NCBI GenBank assembly: GCA_963823035.1
Contig: CAWGKG010000017.1
Coordinates: forward strand, 64,001-128,000
Source of the DNA: an uncultured Gemmatimonadales bacterium
GTDB lineage: Bacteria > Gemmatimonadota > Gemmatimonadetes > Longimicrobiales > Gaopeijiaceae
Direction: 5' to 3'
DNA length: 64,000 nt
Shown here piece by piece: positions 10,157-20,105 of this stretch. The notes beneath the pieces are model-generated. The model searched no databases. It worked only from the letters and a program-made list of their open reading frames with translations, and was not told the origin of the DNA. Position numbers and translations under genes: made by a program. How positions within the stretch are numbered: position 1 is the stretch's first letter; each line of letters opens with the position of its first letter.

Positions 10157-10432
10157 TCATCCGCGGTATTCCACGAAGGCGTCGTCCACGAAGCAATAGA
10201 GCCAGCGCTCGCCGGGCTCCGCGGAAGCGATCACGGCGTGCCCGCTGGCGCGCGCGTGCGCCGAGGCGTGCCGGTTCGGGGAGCTGTCACAGCAGAGGGT
10301 GACCCCGCATTCCTGGCAGGTGCGCAGGTGCACCCAGCGGCCCTGGATCTTCTCGCATTCCTCGCACACCCGCCGCTCCGGCTGCCTGATCGAGCGGACG
10401 GCGGTGATGTGTGCACACGGTTCGACGTTCAT
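10157..10432 (-). CDS. UBP-type zinc finger protein
   Basis: CEEC...WVHLRTCQECG...CCDSSPNRHASAH...EPGERWLYC. Confidence 0.9.
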   Translation of the reverse strand: MNVEPCAHITAVRSIRQPERRVCEECEKIQGRWVHLRTCQECGVTLCCDSSPNRHASAHARASGHAVIASAEPGERWLYCFVDDAFVEYRG

Positions 10433-11274
10433 GCCCCGGCCCCGCCCTCGAGGGAGTCGCTGCCGCCGACGCGCCGTACCCGGAGCGGCGCATCCGCGAT
10501 CCGCTGGTGCGCCAGGGCCCAATCGAGGGCGTAGTCCGCCACCTCCTCCCACCCGGGCTCGGTGCACAGGAAATGCGACCGACCCGGGGAAGGACTTCAG
10601 CTCGGTGACGGAGGGCGCGCGTTTCTGTTTGCGATACGTGGCGCGCACCATCGCGGGCACGATCGTGCGGTCCGCCTCTCCGGCCACGAGGAGGAGCGGG
10701 GCGCGATCGGGGTTCTTCGCGTGGATGCCCGTGCCGATGCCGAGCGCACCCTGCCAGTAGAGGCGGCCGGGCGTCCCGACCACGTAGCGCTCGTACGCCG
10801 GGCGCTTCGCCTCCGCGGGAAGGGTCTGCGCGAAGTTGGTCGAGAACTGCTGCAGCGTCATCGGTACCACGCGGCTCCAGCCCCGCCAGGCCAGGAAGAC
10901 CGGAAGGGCGGAGAGGAGCGTGCGCGGCCTCGGAACCACCCCGCGGATCGGCGCCGGATCGAACGCGACGCCCGCCACGCCCAGGCCGCGGTCCAGCAGC
11001 AACTGCGCGAAGAGGCCGCCGTACGAGTGCCCCATGATGATCGGCGACTCCGGGAGCCCGTGGATGGCGGCGGCATAGTGGTCCACGATCCGGCCGATCG
11101 TGAGCCTTGCGAGCTCCGGGCGGGGGCGCGCCGCAGCTCCTCGATGGTCTGGTCCTCGAGCGGCCACGGCGGCGCGACGGTCTTGATCCCCCGCGCTTCG
11201 TAGCGAGCCCGGAAGGAGTCCCACGACGTGGGCGTCAGCCAGGCGCCGTGGATGAGCAGGACGGTCTTGGACAC
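10429..11274 (-). CDS. Alpha/beta hydrolase (frameshifted)
   Basis: LLIHGAW, GHSYGG nucleophile elbow, LLVAGEADR, SHF. Confidence 0.85.
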
Positions 11275-11369
11275 GATCGGTCTCCCATGGGGCAGGTACG
11301 GGGACGTTCGAGCCGCAGCAGGACGATACGACGCGGTGGGCCTTTCGCCCACCCTCGACGTGAGCCGCC

Positions 11370-12159
11370 CTACTGCGTGTCCAGATCCCCCCGCACGACC
11401 TGGGCCACCGTCGCAAGCACCCCGGCCAGGCAGGTGACGCCCACCACCACGAGGCTCCCGGCAGACAGCGTCTCGACGCGGGGCCCCGCCACGCCGGCGA
11501 ACAGCGGCACGATCGACCAGGGGAACCACCGTCCCCAGCCGGTGGCGCCGAACACGTTGCCGAGCACGAGCATCAGCATCGCGAAGCCGAGCGGAGGCAG
11601 ATAGCCACGACCGAGCGTAGCGATCCACGCGACGACCGGCGTGAGGAGGAAGCCGACGGCGGCGGCGAGCGACACGGCCCCCACACCGGACGCCAACACC
11701 GCGGCCGAGAAGCCCGGCAGACGGAGCGCCATGGCCACGGCCACCCCTTCGACCAGGACGGCCGCGACGAGCCCGAGCCACCAGCACGGCCGCGACCGCC
11801 AGCTTCGCGAAGACGAACCACGGCCGCGGCACCGGGAGCGCGAGCATGTTCTTCGCCGTCCCCTCCGCGTACTCCCGCCCGAACACGTACGCGGCGATGA
11901 CCGCGAGGAGGAGGCCGCCCACGATGCCGATCATCTGCGTGAGCATGCCGAAGTACCCGGCCCAGGACGCGTCGAGGCCCAGGATGCTGGCCTTCGTGCC
12001 CAGGAGCCCCATCCGCGTCGCGCGCTCGGGCTCGCGCACGATCCACATGAAGAGGCCGCCGCCCAGCGGCCCGAGGGCGATCGCCAGGAGCGAGAGCCCC
12101 GCCACCCGGCTCCTGCGCAGCTTGGCCGCTTCCGTCGCGACCACGTCGACGAAGGTCAT
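11370..12159 (-). CDS. ABC exporter permease, bacitracin/lantibiotic-immunity type (frameshifted)
   Basis: TEAAKLRRS N-terminus, FGREYAEGTAKNMLALP, WFPW and multiple TM helices. Confidence 0.82.
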
Positions 12160-13068
12160 GTGGCACCTCCCGTGCGCCGGAGGAAGTAGCTCTCGAGGTC
12201 CTCCCGCGCCGGGATCAGGGCGGAGAGCTCCACGCCTCCCTGCACGAGCAGGCGGGCGATGTCGGGCGCGCGCGCAACGTCCCCGAACACGCGCAGCCCG
12301 CCTTCGACCTCGTCCATGCCCGAGAACCCGGCCGCCGTGAGCACCCTACGCGCCGTGGCCGTGTCGCCCGCGCGCACCTCGATGAAGGGGCGCGCCCGCG
12401 CCCGCAGCTCGTTCCGATCCAGCTCCTCGGTCAGGCGTCCCTCGTGGACGATCCCGATGCGATCGGCCAGTTGGGCCACCTCCGCGAGGATGTGACTCGA
12501 CATGAAGACCGTGACGCCCTCGTCGGTTGCGAGCGAGCGCAGCAGCTCCCGCACCTCCACGATGCCGGCGGGGTCGAGCGCGTTGGCCGGCTCGTCCAGG
12601 AGGAGGAGGGCGGGGCGATGGAGCAGCGCGCGCGCCAGGCCGAGGCGTTGCTTGTTGCCGAGCGACAGGATGCCCGCCCGCCGATCCGCGTAGCGGGCCG
12701 AGCCCCAGCCGCTCGATCGCCTCCGCCACCGCGCGGCGAGGCGCGTCGGTGAGGCGCCGCTGGATCTCCAGGTTCTCGCGAACCGTGAGGTTGGCGTAGG
12801 CGGTCGCGGTCTCGACCAGATAGCCCACGCGCCGGAGCGCGCGGCTCGACCGGAGCGTCATCGGCGACCCGAGGATGCGCACCTCCCCGGCCGTGGGTCG
12901 GACGAGGCCGAGCAGCATCCGGATCGTCGTGGTCTTCCCCGCGCCGTTTCGCCCGAGGAAGCCGTAGATCTCCCCCTCGCGCACGTCGAGATCGAGCCCG
13001 TCCACGGCCACCACGTCGGGGTAGCGCTTCGTGAGGCCGCGCGTCGCGACGGCGCCGCCGCCGCTCAC
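12156..13068 (-). CDS. ABC transporter ATP-binding protein, BcrA-like (frameshifted)
   Basis: GRNGAGKTT, LSLGNKQRL, LDEPANALD, SSHILAEV. Confidence 0.9.
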
Positions 13069-13658
13069 CGGCCGCCCCCGGTGGCCGAGCGCGCGCAGCG
13101 CCAGCTCCGCGCCGAGCGGTGAGCGCGTCGGGCATCCGGTCCGTGGGTGTTCCGGCGAGCTCCGCCCCGCGCAGCCCTCCGAGCACGAACCAGGCCGCGG
13201 CCTTCTCGTCGGGAACGTGGAAGGCGCCCTCCGCCACGCCCTTCGCCACGATGCCCTCCATGAGGGGAAGGAGGCGCGGTACGATCCGCTCCTCGAGTCG
13301 GCGGTGCAGCGGGAGGTTCTCGGGACGGTGCAGCAGCTCGGCCAGCTCGGAGGCTCCTTCCTCCCCGGCGGCTCCGGCGAGCGCGTCGATGAAGGCGCGC
13401 AGCTGCGACGCGGCCGAGGAGCCGTCGTCGAGCGCCGCCTCGGCCACGTCGATGACCCCGCCGACCATCCGCTCCGCCACGGCGACCAGCACGTCGTCCT
13501 TGCTGTCGAAGTAGAGATAGAACGTGCCCTGGGCCACGCCCGCGCGCTCGCACGATGTCGGACACGGCCGTGTTCGCCACGCCCCGCTCCGCGAACACGG
13601 CGGCGGCCGCGGCGGCGAACTCGGCGCGGCGCGCGCCCTTGTCCACCTTCTTCGGCAT
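13065..13658 (-). CDS. TetR/AcrR-family regulator (frameshifted)
   Basis: FAERGVANTAVSDIV / GVAQGTFYLYFDSKDD HTH. Confidence 0.9.
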   Translation of the reverse strand: MPKKVDKGARRAEFAAAAAAVFAERGVANTAVSDIVRARGRGPGHVLSLLRQQGRRAGRRGGADGRRGHRRGRGGARRRLLGRVAAARLHRRARRSRRGGRSLRAGRAAAPSREPPAAPPTRGADRTAPPSPHGGHRGEGRGGGRLPRSRREGRGLVRARRAARGGARRNTHGPDARRAHRSARSWRCARSATGGGR

Positions 13659-13685
13659 GGGGTCCTCCGGGAACGGAGATCGTTT

Positions 13686-13704
13686 ATGACTGACTGTCAG
13701 TCAT
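13686..13704. promoter_or_regulatory. Putative TetR operator ATGACTGAC-T-GTCAGTCAT
   Basis: Perfect 9-1-9 palindrome 27 bp upstream of the tetR start. Confidence 0.8.
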
Positions 13705-13851
13705 TATAAGATCGCCGCGCATCGATCCGACAAGGGGCCGCGACCCGTCGGCCGATGGAGGCGCAGCGGGGACGATCCCCCTATCGTGTCAGCGCGGGCA
13801 CGCCCATGCGTGTCCTCGACGTATCCGCGTCGCCATCGAGAGAGATCCCCC

Positions 13852-15950
13852 ATGAGCAAGCACGCCTTCCGCGCCCTGGCCTTCCTGGCGGGCGCCGTTC
13901 TCGCCTCCTCCCCCGGCCTTCGGGCCCAGACGAGCGCCTCCGCCCCGATGCAGGGCTCCGGCGCCCTTCCCGAGCGGGCGATCCGTCGCACGCTCCCCAT
14001 GACCGACATGATCCGTCGCGCCTGGGCGGCAGGCACGCGCGACGCCAGCGGCCGGCCCGGCCCCGACTACTGGCAGCTCGGCGTCGACTACACGATCCAC
14101 GCGACCTTCGACCCCGGGACCGCCCGCGTCACGGGCCGCGAGACCGCCGTGATCCACAACACGAGCGACTCGACGCTGTCGAGCGTCCATCTCCGCCTGG
14201 ACCAGAACATCTTCGCGCCCAACGTCCCGCGGCTCGAGACCGTGCCGGAGATCACCGACGGGATGCCCGTCACGCGCCTCGCGTTCGACGGCCGGGAAGT
14301 GGACCTGAATCCGCCTCCGCGCCGGCGCTTCCGCGGAGCCGGCGGGCAGGCGCAGGAGGTCACGCTCGCGGCGTACGGCCTCGGCCAGACGACCGCGCAG
14401 ATCACCCTGCCCACGCCCATCCCCGCGCACGGCAGCGGCACGCTCGAGGCGGAGTGGAGCTTCAAGGTCCCGCGCTCCGACAACATGCGCGGGCTGCGCA
14501 TGGGGAGCTGGGCGGACTCCCTCTTCCAGGTGGCGCAGTGGTATCCGCGCGTGGCCGTCTACGACGACCTGCGCGATGGGCGGCTGGGACACGGATCCGT
14601 ACCTCGGTCCGTCCGAGTTCTACAACAACTTCGGCAGCTTCGACGTGACGATCGACGTCCCGGCGGGATGGATCGTGGGCGCGACCGGCGTGCTGCGAGA
14701 ATCCCGAGGAGGTCCTCACGGCCACCGCGCGCGATCGGCTGTCGCACGCGCTCGACTTCGACACGACGTTGACGGTCGTCGGCGCCACCGAGCGGGGCGC
14801 GGGCCGAGCCACCGCGGCAGGCGACCGGCTGCAGTGGCACTTCGTGGCGGACAGCGTAGCCGACTTCGCGTGGGCCACCTCGGACCGCTTCGTGTGGGAC
14901 GTGAGCCGCGCGACGATCCCCGGGAAGGGTCCGATCCCCATCCAGATCCTCTACCTGCCGAGCAACACCGAGCGGTACGCCGAAGCCGGCCCGGTCGTGC
15001 GCCACGCGCTCGAGTTCTACTCGAAGCTCTGGATGCCCTACGCCTTCCCGCAGATGACGATCGTGGACGGCCCGGAGGGCGGGATGGAGTATCCCGGGTT
15101 CATCATGTCGAGCGTGGGCGCGGCCGACCACGAGACCGGACACCAGTGGTGGCCCATGATGGTCGGCGTGAACGAGACGTGGTACGGCTTCATGGACGAG
15201 GGATTCAACCAGTACATGAACATCCTGTCGCGCGACGACCGCGATGGGCGGCCCCCCCGACCTGGACGGGCTCGGTCAGCGCTACGGCTCCATCAGCCGG
15301 CGACGAGCGCGAGGCGCCGCTCATGTGGGACGCGAACTACGGCGGCCCGATGTACTCCTTCCAGGCCTACTCGAAGGCGCCGCTGATGCTGTCCATGCTC
15401 GGTGGCATGGTGGGGGACACGGCCGTGTGGCAGGCCATGAGCGGGTACGCGGAGGCGTGGCGCTTCAAGCATCCGTCGCCGTGGGACTACGCCTTCTTCA
15501 TGAACGACGCGCTGCACCGTGACCTGTCGTGGTTCTGGAACGCGTGGCTCTTCGAGACCAGCTCGGTGGACGGGGGCATCCAGAAGGTGGTGACGGAGGG
15601 AGGGCGCACCACCGTGACCGTGAAGCAGGACGGGGAGATGCCCTCGCCCGTGGTGCTCGAGGTGGAGCTCGCGCCCGGCCCGTCTCCGGCGAGGCCGATG
15701 CCCAACGCGACGATGCTCGACGGCGACAGGGCCGTCGTCACGTGGCCCGTGGACGTGTGGTTCGCCGGGAGCCGGACCTTCGACGCCGTGCTCGACTTCG
15801 GTGGGCGGGCGGTACGCAAGGTCACGCTCGACCCCGCACTGCCGCTTCCCGGACCGGGACATCACGGACAACGTCTGGCCGCCGGACCCGAGCCTCGCCG
15901 AGGCGACGGGTGGCAACCCCTTCGGTCGGGCGACCTGCTACGGCCATTGA
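13852..15950 (+). CDS. M1-family aminopeptidase, secreted (frameshifted)
   Basis: Signal peptide, GGMEYP, HETGHQWW...MDEGFN, YSKAP, WRFKHPSP. Confidence 0.88.
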
Positions 15951-15960
15951 GGGCGGCGCC

Positions 15961-16764
15961 GTGGCAGATACGCTGAGGCTGATGGCCGTGCTGGCCCACC
16001 CCGACGACGAGACGCTCGGGTTCGGGGGCGTGCTGGCGCGCTATGCCGACGAGGGCGTCGAGACGCACGTCCTGACCGCGACGCGCGGGCAGGGCGGGCG
16101 ACACGGCGAGGGCGAGCACCCGGGCCGGGAGGCACTCGGCAGGATCCGCGAGGCGGAGGAACGGGCGGCCGCGCGCGAGCTCGGCGTCACGGACGTCCGC
16201 TTCCTCGACTACATGGACGGGGAGCTGGACCGCGCCGATCCGGTCGAGGCGACGGCCGCGATCGCCGGCCACCTCCGCCGCGTCCGTCCCCACGTCGTCG
16301 TCACCTTCGCGCACGAGGGCGCCTACGGGCACCCGGACCACATCGCCGTCTCGCAGCTCACCTCGGCCGCGGCGATCCGCGCAGCGGACCCCGGACAGGA
16401 CGATGGGAACGAGCCGCACGCGCTCTCGAAGCTCTATCAACTCGCGTGGAGCGGCGCGACGTGGGAGGCGTACCAGCGGGCGTTCAAGAGGCTGGTCAGC
16501 AGGGTGGACGGGATCGAGCGCAGCGTCGAGCCGTGGCCGGAGTGGGCGATCACCACCCGCGTGGATTGCCGGCGGTGGTGGCCGCGCGTGTGGCGCGCGG
16601 TGCAGTGCCACCGGACGCAGATGTCGTCCTACGCCGCGCTCGCCGGGCTCGCCGACGAGGACCACGAGACGCTGTGGGGCAACCAGACGTTCTACCGCGC
16701 CTTCAGCACGGTGAACGGCGGGCGGGCGGTGGAGACCGATCTCTTCGAGGGGCTGCGGCGATAG
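15961..16764 (+). CDS. PIG-L/LmbE-family deacetylase
   Basis: AHPDDE, GHPDH and HRTQ motifs. Confidence 0.9.
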   Translation: MADTLRLMAVLAHPDDETLGFGGVLARYADEGVETHVLTATRGQGGRHGEGEHPGREALGRIREAEERAAARELGVTDVRFLDYMDGELDRADPVEATAAIAGHLRRVRPHVVVTFAHEGAYGHPDHIAVSQLTSAAAIRAADPGQDDGNEPHALSKLYQLAWSGATWEAYQRAFKRLVSRVDGIERSVEPWPEWAITTRVDCRRWWPRVWRAVQCHRTQMSSYAALAGLADEDHETLWGNQTFYRAFSTVNGGRAVETDLFEGLRR

Positions 16765-16787
16765 CCGAACGGCACCGCCCCCTCCCG

Positions 16788-19561
16788 TCAGCGACGGACG
16801 GCCCAGGTGCCGACGACGTGGTCGGGGATGCCGCGCTCGGGGCTGTACACGCTATAGGTGGCTCCGGCCAGAAGGGCGAGGAATCCGACCGCTCGGAGTC
16901 CCCGGAGGACCGGCGTGGCGGTCCACACCAACCCGGGCACCAGCGCCAGGCAGGGCGACCAAGCCACCAGTGCCGGAGCAGGCAACGCACGCGGCCGACC
17001 CGGCGGCCTCGCTCGTCCACGAGCCGGATGCCGAGCATCGAGTAGGACAGACCACCGCGGAGCAGGAAGGCTGCCGGAAGGGCGAGGAGCCCGAAAGCGG
17101 TGTACACGGCCGCTCCCTCGGAAATGTGTAGGCGAGGGTGAAGTAGCCACCGTAGGTGCCCGCCGGATTGCCGATCACGGCGCGGGCCTGGTGCAGCCGT
17201 GATCGATCGGTCCTCGGGTACTGGCGGGCCGCCTCCCGCAAAGCCTCGCGCGTCCCCGCGGAAAGGTCACCGAAGGCGACGCCCTGCCCACCTCCGTACG
17301 CCCCCGGTAGAGGTGGGCGAGGATGATCCGCGCCGCGTCGCGCCGGGCTTCCACCTGCTGCTGGATGTCGGCGTCCTGGACATACCGCTCGACGAACTCC
17401 GACTCGATCCGCTCGGAGACGTCAGATACTCGATGGCCTGGGCCACGCCCGGAAGGAGCATCAGCGCCGGGACGAGGTTCAGCCAGAGGATCACGCCGAG
17501 GCGGGTGATGCGTCCGACCACGTCGGGGCGATGGGCGTGGGCCGCCAGCGCCTCCAGAACCTCCTCCATCGCCGCTTCACCCGCCTCGAACCGAGCGATC
17601 GCCTCCACGGCCGCGCGCCCATGTTCAGGGACCTTCAGCTCGTCCAGGCGCGCGCTCCCGTCCGCGTCGCTGCGCCCGGTGAATCCGAGACCGAGCATGC
17701 AGGAAAGCAACCCGGCAGCTCGCCCTTCGCTGTCCGGCGCGCTCGCGGGCCGTGGGCGATCCTCCCGCGCTCCCACGGCCGTCGTATCGGCGGATGTGGG
17801 GATCGGAAAGTCCAGGATCTTGGCGTGCCCATTGGCGTCGATCCAAACGTGGGCCAGCGAGGTCGGACTCTGCCACCCGCCCTTCCGCCGGGCCTCGAGC
17901 TCCCGGGCCACGTCAAGGAGGAGGGGACGCAACCTGCCCCAGGAAAGGCGGCCCTCCTCAGCGACCCAGCGCGCGAACCCGACGCCACCGGGCGCGCCGT
18001 AGGCGTCCCAGGCACCGTCGTCGGCCCGTGCGCCCTGTAGCCACCGGAGGCGACCGAGCCGAACTGCACTCACCTCCGCGACGGGGCGGGCCCGGCCTGG
18101 GTCCGCGAAGTGGTGGAGCCACACGTCGCGGTGCAAGCGATCGTCGCGCGCGGTGTAGACGCTCTCCTGGGGCGTGGACGAGACGACGCCCGTGGTCCGA
18201 TAGGGGCCGGAAGCTCCGGGAATCGCGTCGACCGCCAGGGAGCTCACCGGTGGCCGCTCCGGCACCGGCGCGGGGCCGGCCCTGCGCCTCGCCGCGATCA
18301 CCCGCGTGCCGCTCGCGAGATCGTGCAGTCCGACGAAGCCATTCCGGCGACGGGCCGGGATGAGGAGCGCCGCGTACAGGAAGGGCGTGAGGCCACCCTG
18401 CTCCGACACGACACGGAGCACGGCAAGCCGCGTCAGGACCGCGCTTGCGAGCGCGGGAACCGCCCAGAAGGCCACGGTGCGAAGCGCCACCCGCGGCGCG
18501 CCGGCCCGCGCCCCCGACGCCGTCGCAACACGGAGGCCCATCAGCCCCTTCCCCGGACTTCGTCCCCACACTGTCTCAGGGAGCCCGAAGTACAGCAGGC
18601 CGAGGCCGATCCACCCACCCTTGCCCCGAAATGCCGCGGCCGACATGCCCACTGCGAGGAAGAGGAACATGAACAGGATCCAGTCGATTCCCGCCGCCAT
18701 GAGCCGCTTCCCGGGGTCCGCCGGCAACGGCCCGCTGGAGGATTGCGGCAGGAGGTCCGCGCGCACCGCGTCGTAGTCCGGATACCGCTTCTCCCGATCC
18801 TTCTCCAGCAACCGCATGACGACGCGAGACAAGCGCCTCGACACGTCCTTGCAGATCTCGGACGGCGCCGGGGGCTGAGCGGTCAGGATGCTCGCGATGA
18901 CATGCACGGGCTCACCCGAGAACGGCCGGACGCCCGCGAGCATCTCGTAGAGGAGGGCTCCCAGGGAGTAGAGGTCGGATCGGACGTCCAGTTTCTCCCC
19001 ACGAACCTGCTCCGGCGAGGCGTAGTAGGGTGTGCCGACGAACAGACCGGTGCGGCTCAGGTCGCTCGGTGCCTCCAGGAGCTTCGAGACACCGAAGTCG
19101 CCGATCTTGACCGATGTCCCCCCCTCGTCGAGGAAGCAGTTGGACGGCTTCACGTCCCGATGCAGGATGCCCTTGGCATGTGCAGCCTCGAGCCCGTCCA
19201 TCAACTGGAGCGCGTAGTCCACCGCCTCCACGACCGGAACGGGCCCCTGCGCCAGACGATCCGCCAGCGTGCCGCCACGCATCAACTCCATGATGGCGGG
19301 CTCACCCTCCACCTCCTCTGCCCCGAAGACGTACACGCACGCAGGGTGACTCAGCGACGCGGCCAGCCGCCCCTCTCGCTCGAATCGCTCCACCGCGTCG
19401 GGCGAATCCTGTCCGACCTCCGTGAGCACCTTGAGCGCCACGCGCCGACCCGTGCGACGATCCTCCGCTTCCCAGACCGACCCCGCTCCACCCTTCCCCA
19501 GCAGGCGGATCAGGTCGAACGGGCCGAAGGAGATGCCGGACTCGAGGCGGGCGGCGCTCAT
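16788..19561 (-). CDS. Ser/Thr protein kinase with RDD domain(s) and a degenerate second kinase-like domain (frameshifted)
   Basis: LGKGGAG, VALK, HRDVKPSN, DFG, GTPYYASPE; RDD motifs KRLMAAGID, SPGKGLMGLRV, LHDLASGTRV; C-terminal GIRLVD and GIPDHVVGTW. Confidence 0.82.
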
Positions 19562-19645
19562 GTCGGCCAACATCTGCCGCCGTTTCCGGAGAGCGCAACC
19601 TTGTCGCCGTCCCACGGCCCCGGCGCCGCCCCCTTTTCAACTTTC

Positions 19646-19674
19646 TTGACACCCCGACGTCCAACTGCTAGAAT
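19646..19674 (+). promoter_or_regulatory. Sigma70 promoter TTGACA-N17-TAGAAT for the blaI-like operon
   Basis: Exact -35 at 19646-19651, 17-nt spacer, near-consensus -10 at 19669-19674. Confidence 0.8.
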
Positions 19675-19699
19675 CCCAGCATATGGTGGTTTTTCAGCA
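19666..19699. promoter_or_regulatory. Two tandem imperfect 16-bp palindromes, putative BlaI-type operators
   Basis: TGCTAGAATCCCAGCA (19666-19681) and TGGTGGTTTTTCAGCA (19684-19699) overlap the -10 and +1 region. Confidence 0.5.
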
Positions 19700-19715
19700 G
19701 TAGGGAGTGGACGAC

Positions 19716-20105
19716 ATGACGAGCGGCCCCTTGAAGGACCTGAGCCGGCGTGAGCGCCAGGTGATGAGCGCGCTGTATGCCGGAGGGTCGGCGACGGTGA
19801 ACGAGGTGCTCGAGACCATGGCCGAGCCCCCGAGCTACTCCTCGGTGCGGGCGACGCTGCGCGTCCTCGAGGAGAAGGGCCACGTCACGCACGACGTGGA
19901 CGGGCGCCGCTACCTCTACCGCCCGACGGTGGCGCCGGAGGCGGCCCGGCGTGCCGCCCTCGCGGAAGTGGTCCGCACCTACTTCGACGGATCGGCGGAA
20001 AGCGCGGCGACGGCTCTGCTGCGCATGTCGGACAGCACCATCCCGCAGTCCGCGATCGAGCGGCTGGCGGCGGAGATCGAGCGCGCACGGCGCGAAGGGA
20101 GATGA
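19716..20105 (+). CDS. BlaI/MecI/CopY-family repressor
   Basis: LSRRERQVM...YSSVRATLRVLEEKG...YLYRP...TYFDGS; GGGAG RBS upstream. Confidence 0.92.
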   Translation: MTSGPLKDLSRRERQVMSALYAGGSATVNEVLETMAEPPSYSSVRATLRVLEEKGHVTHDVDGRRYLYRPTVAPEAARRAALAEVVRTYFDGSAESAATALLRMSDSTIPQSAIERLAAEIERARREGR

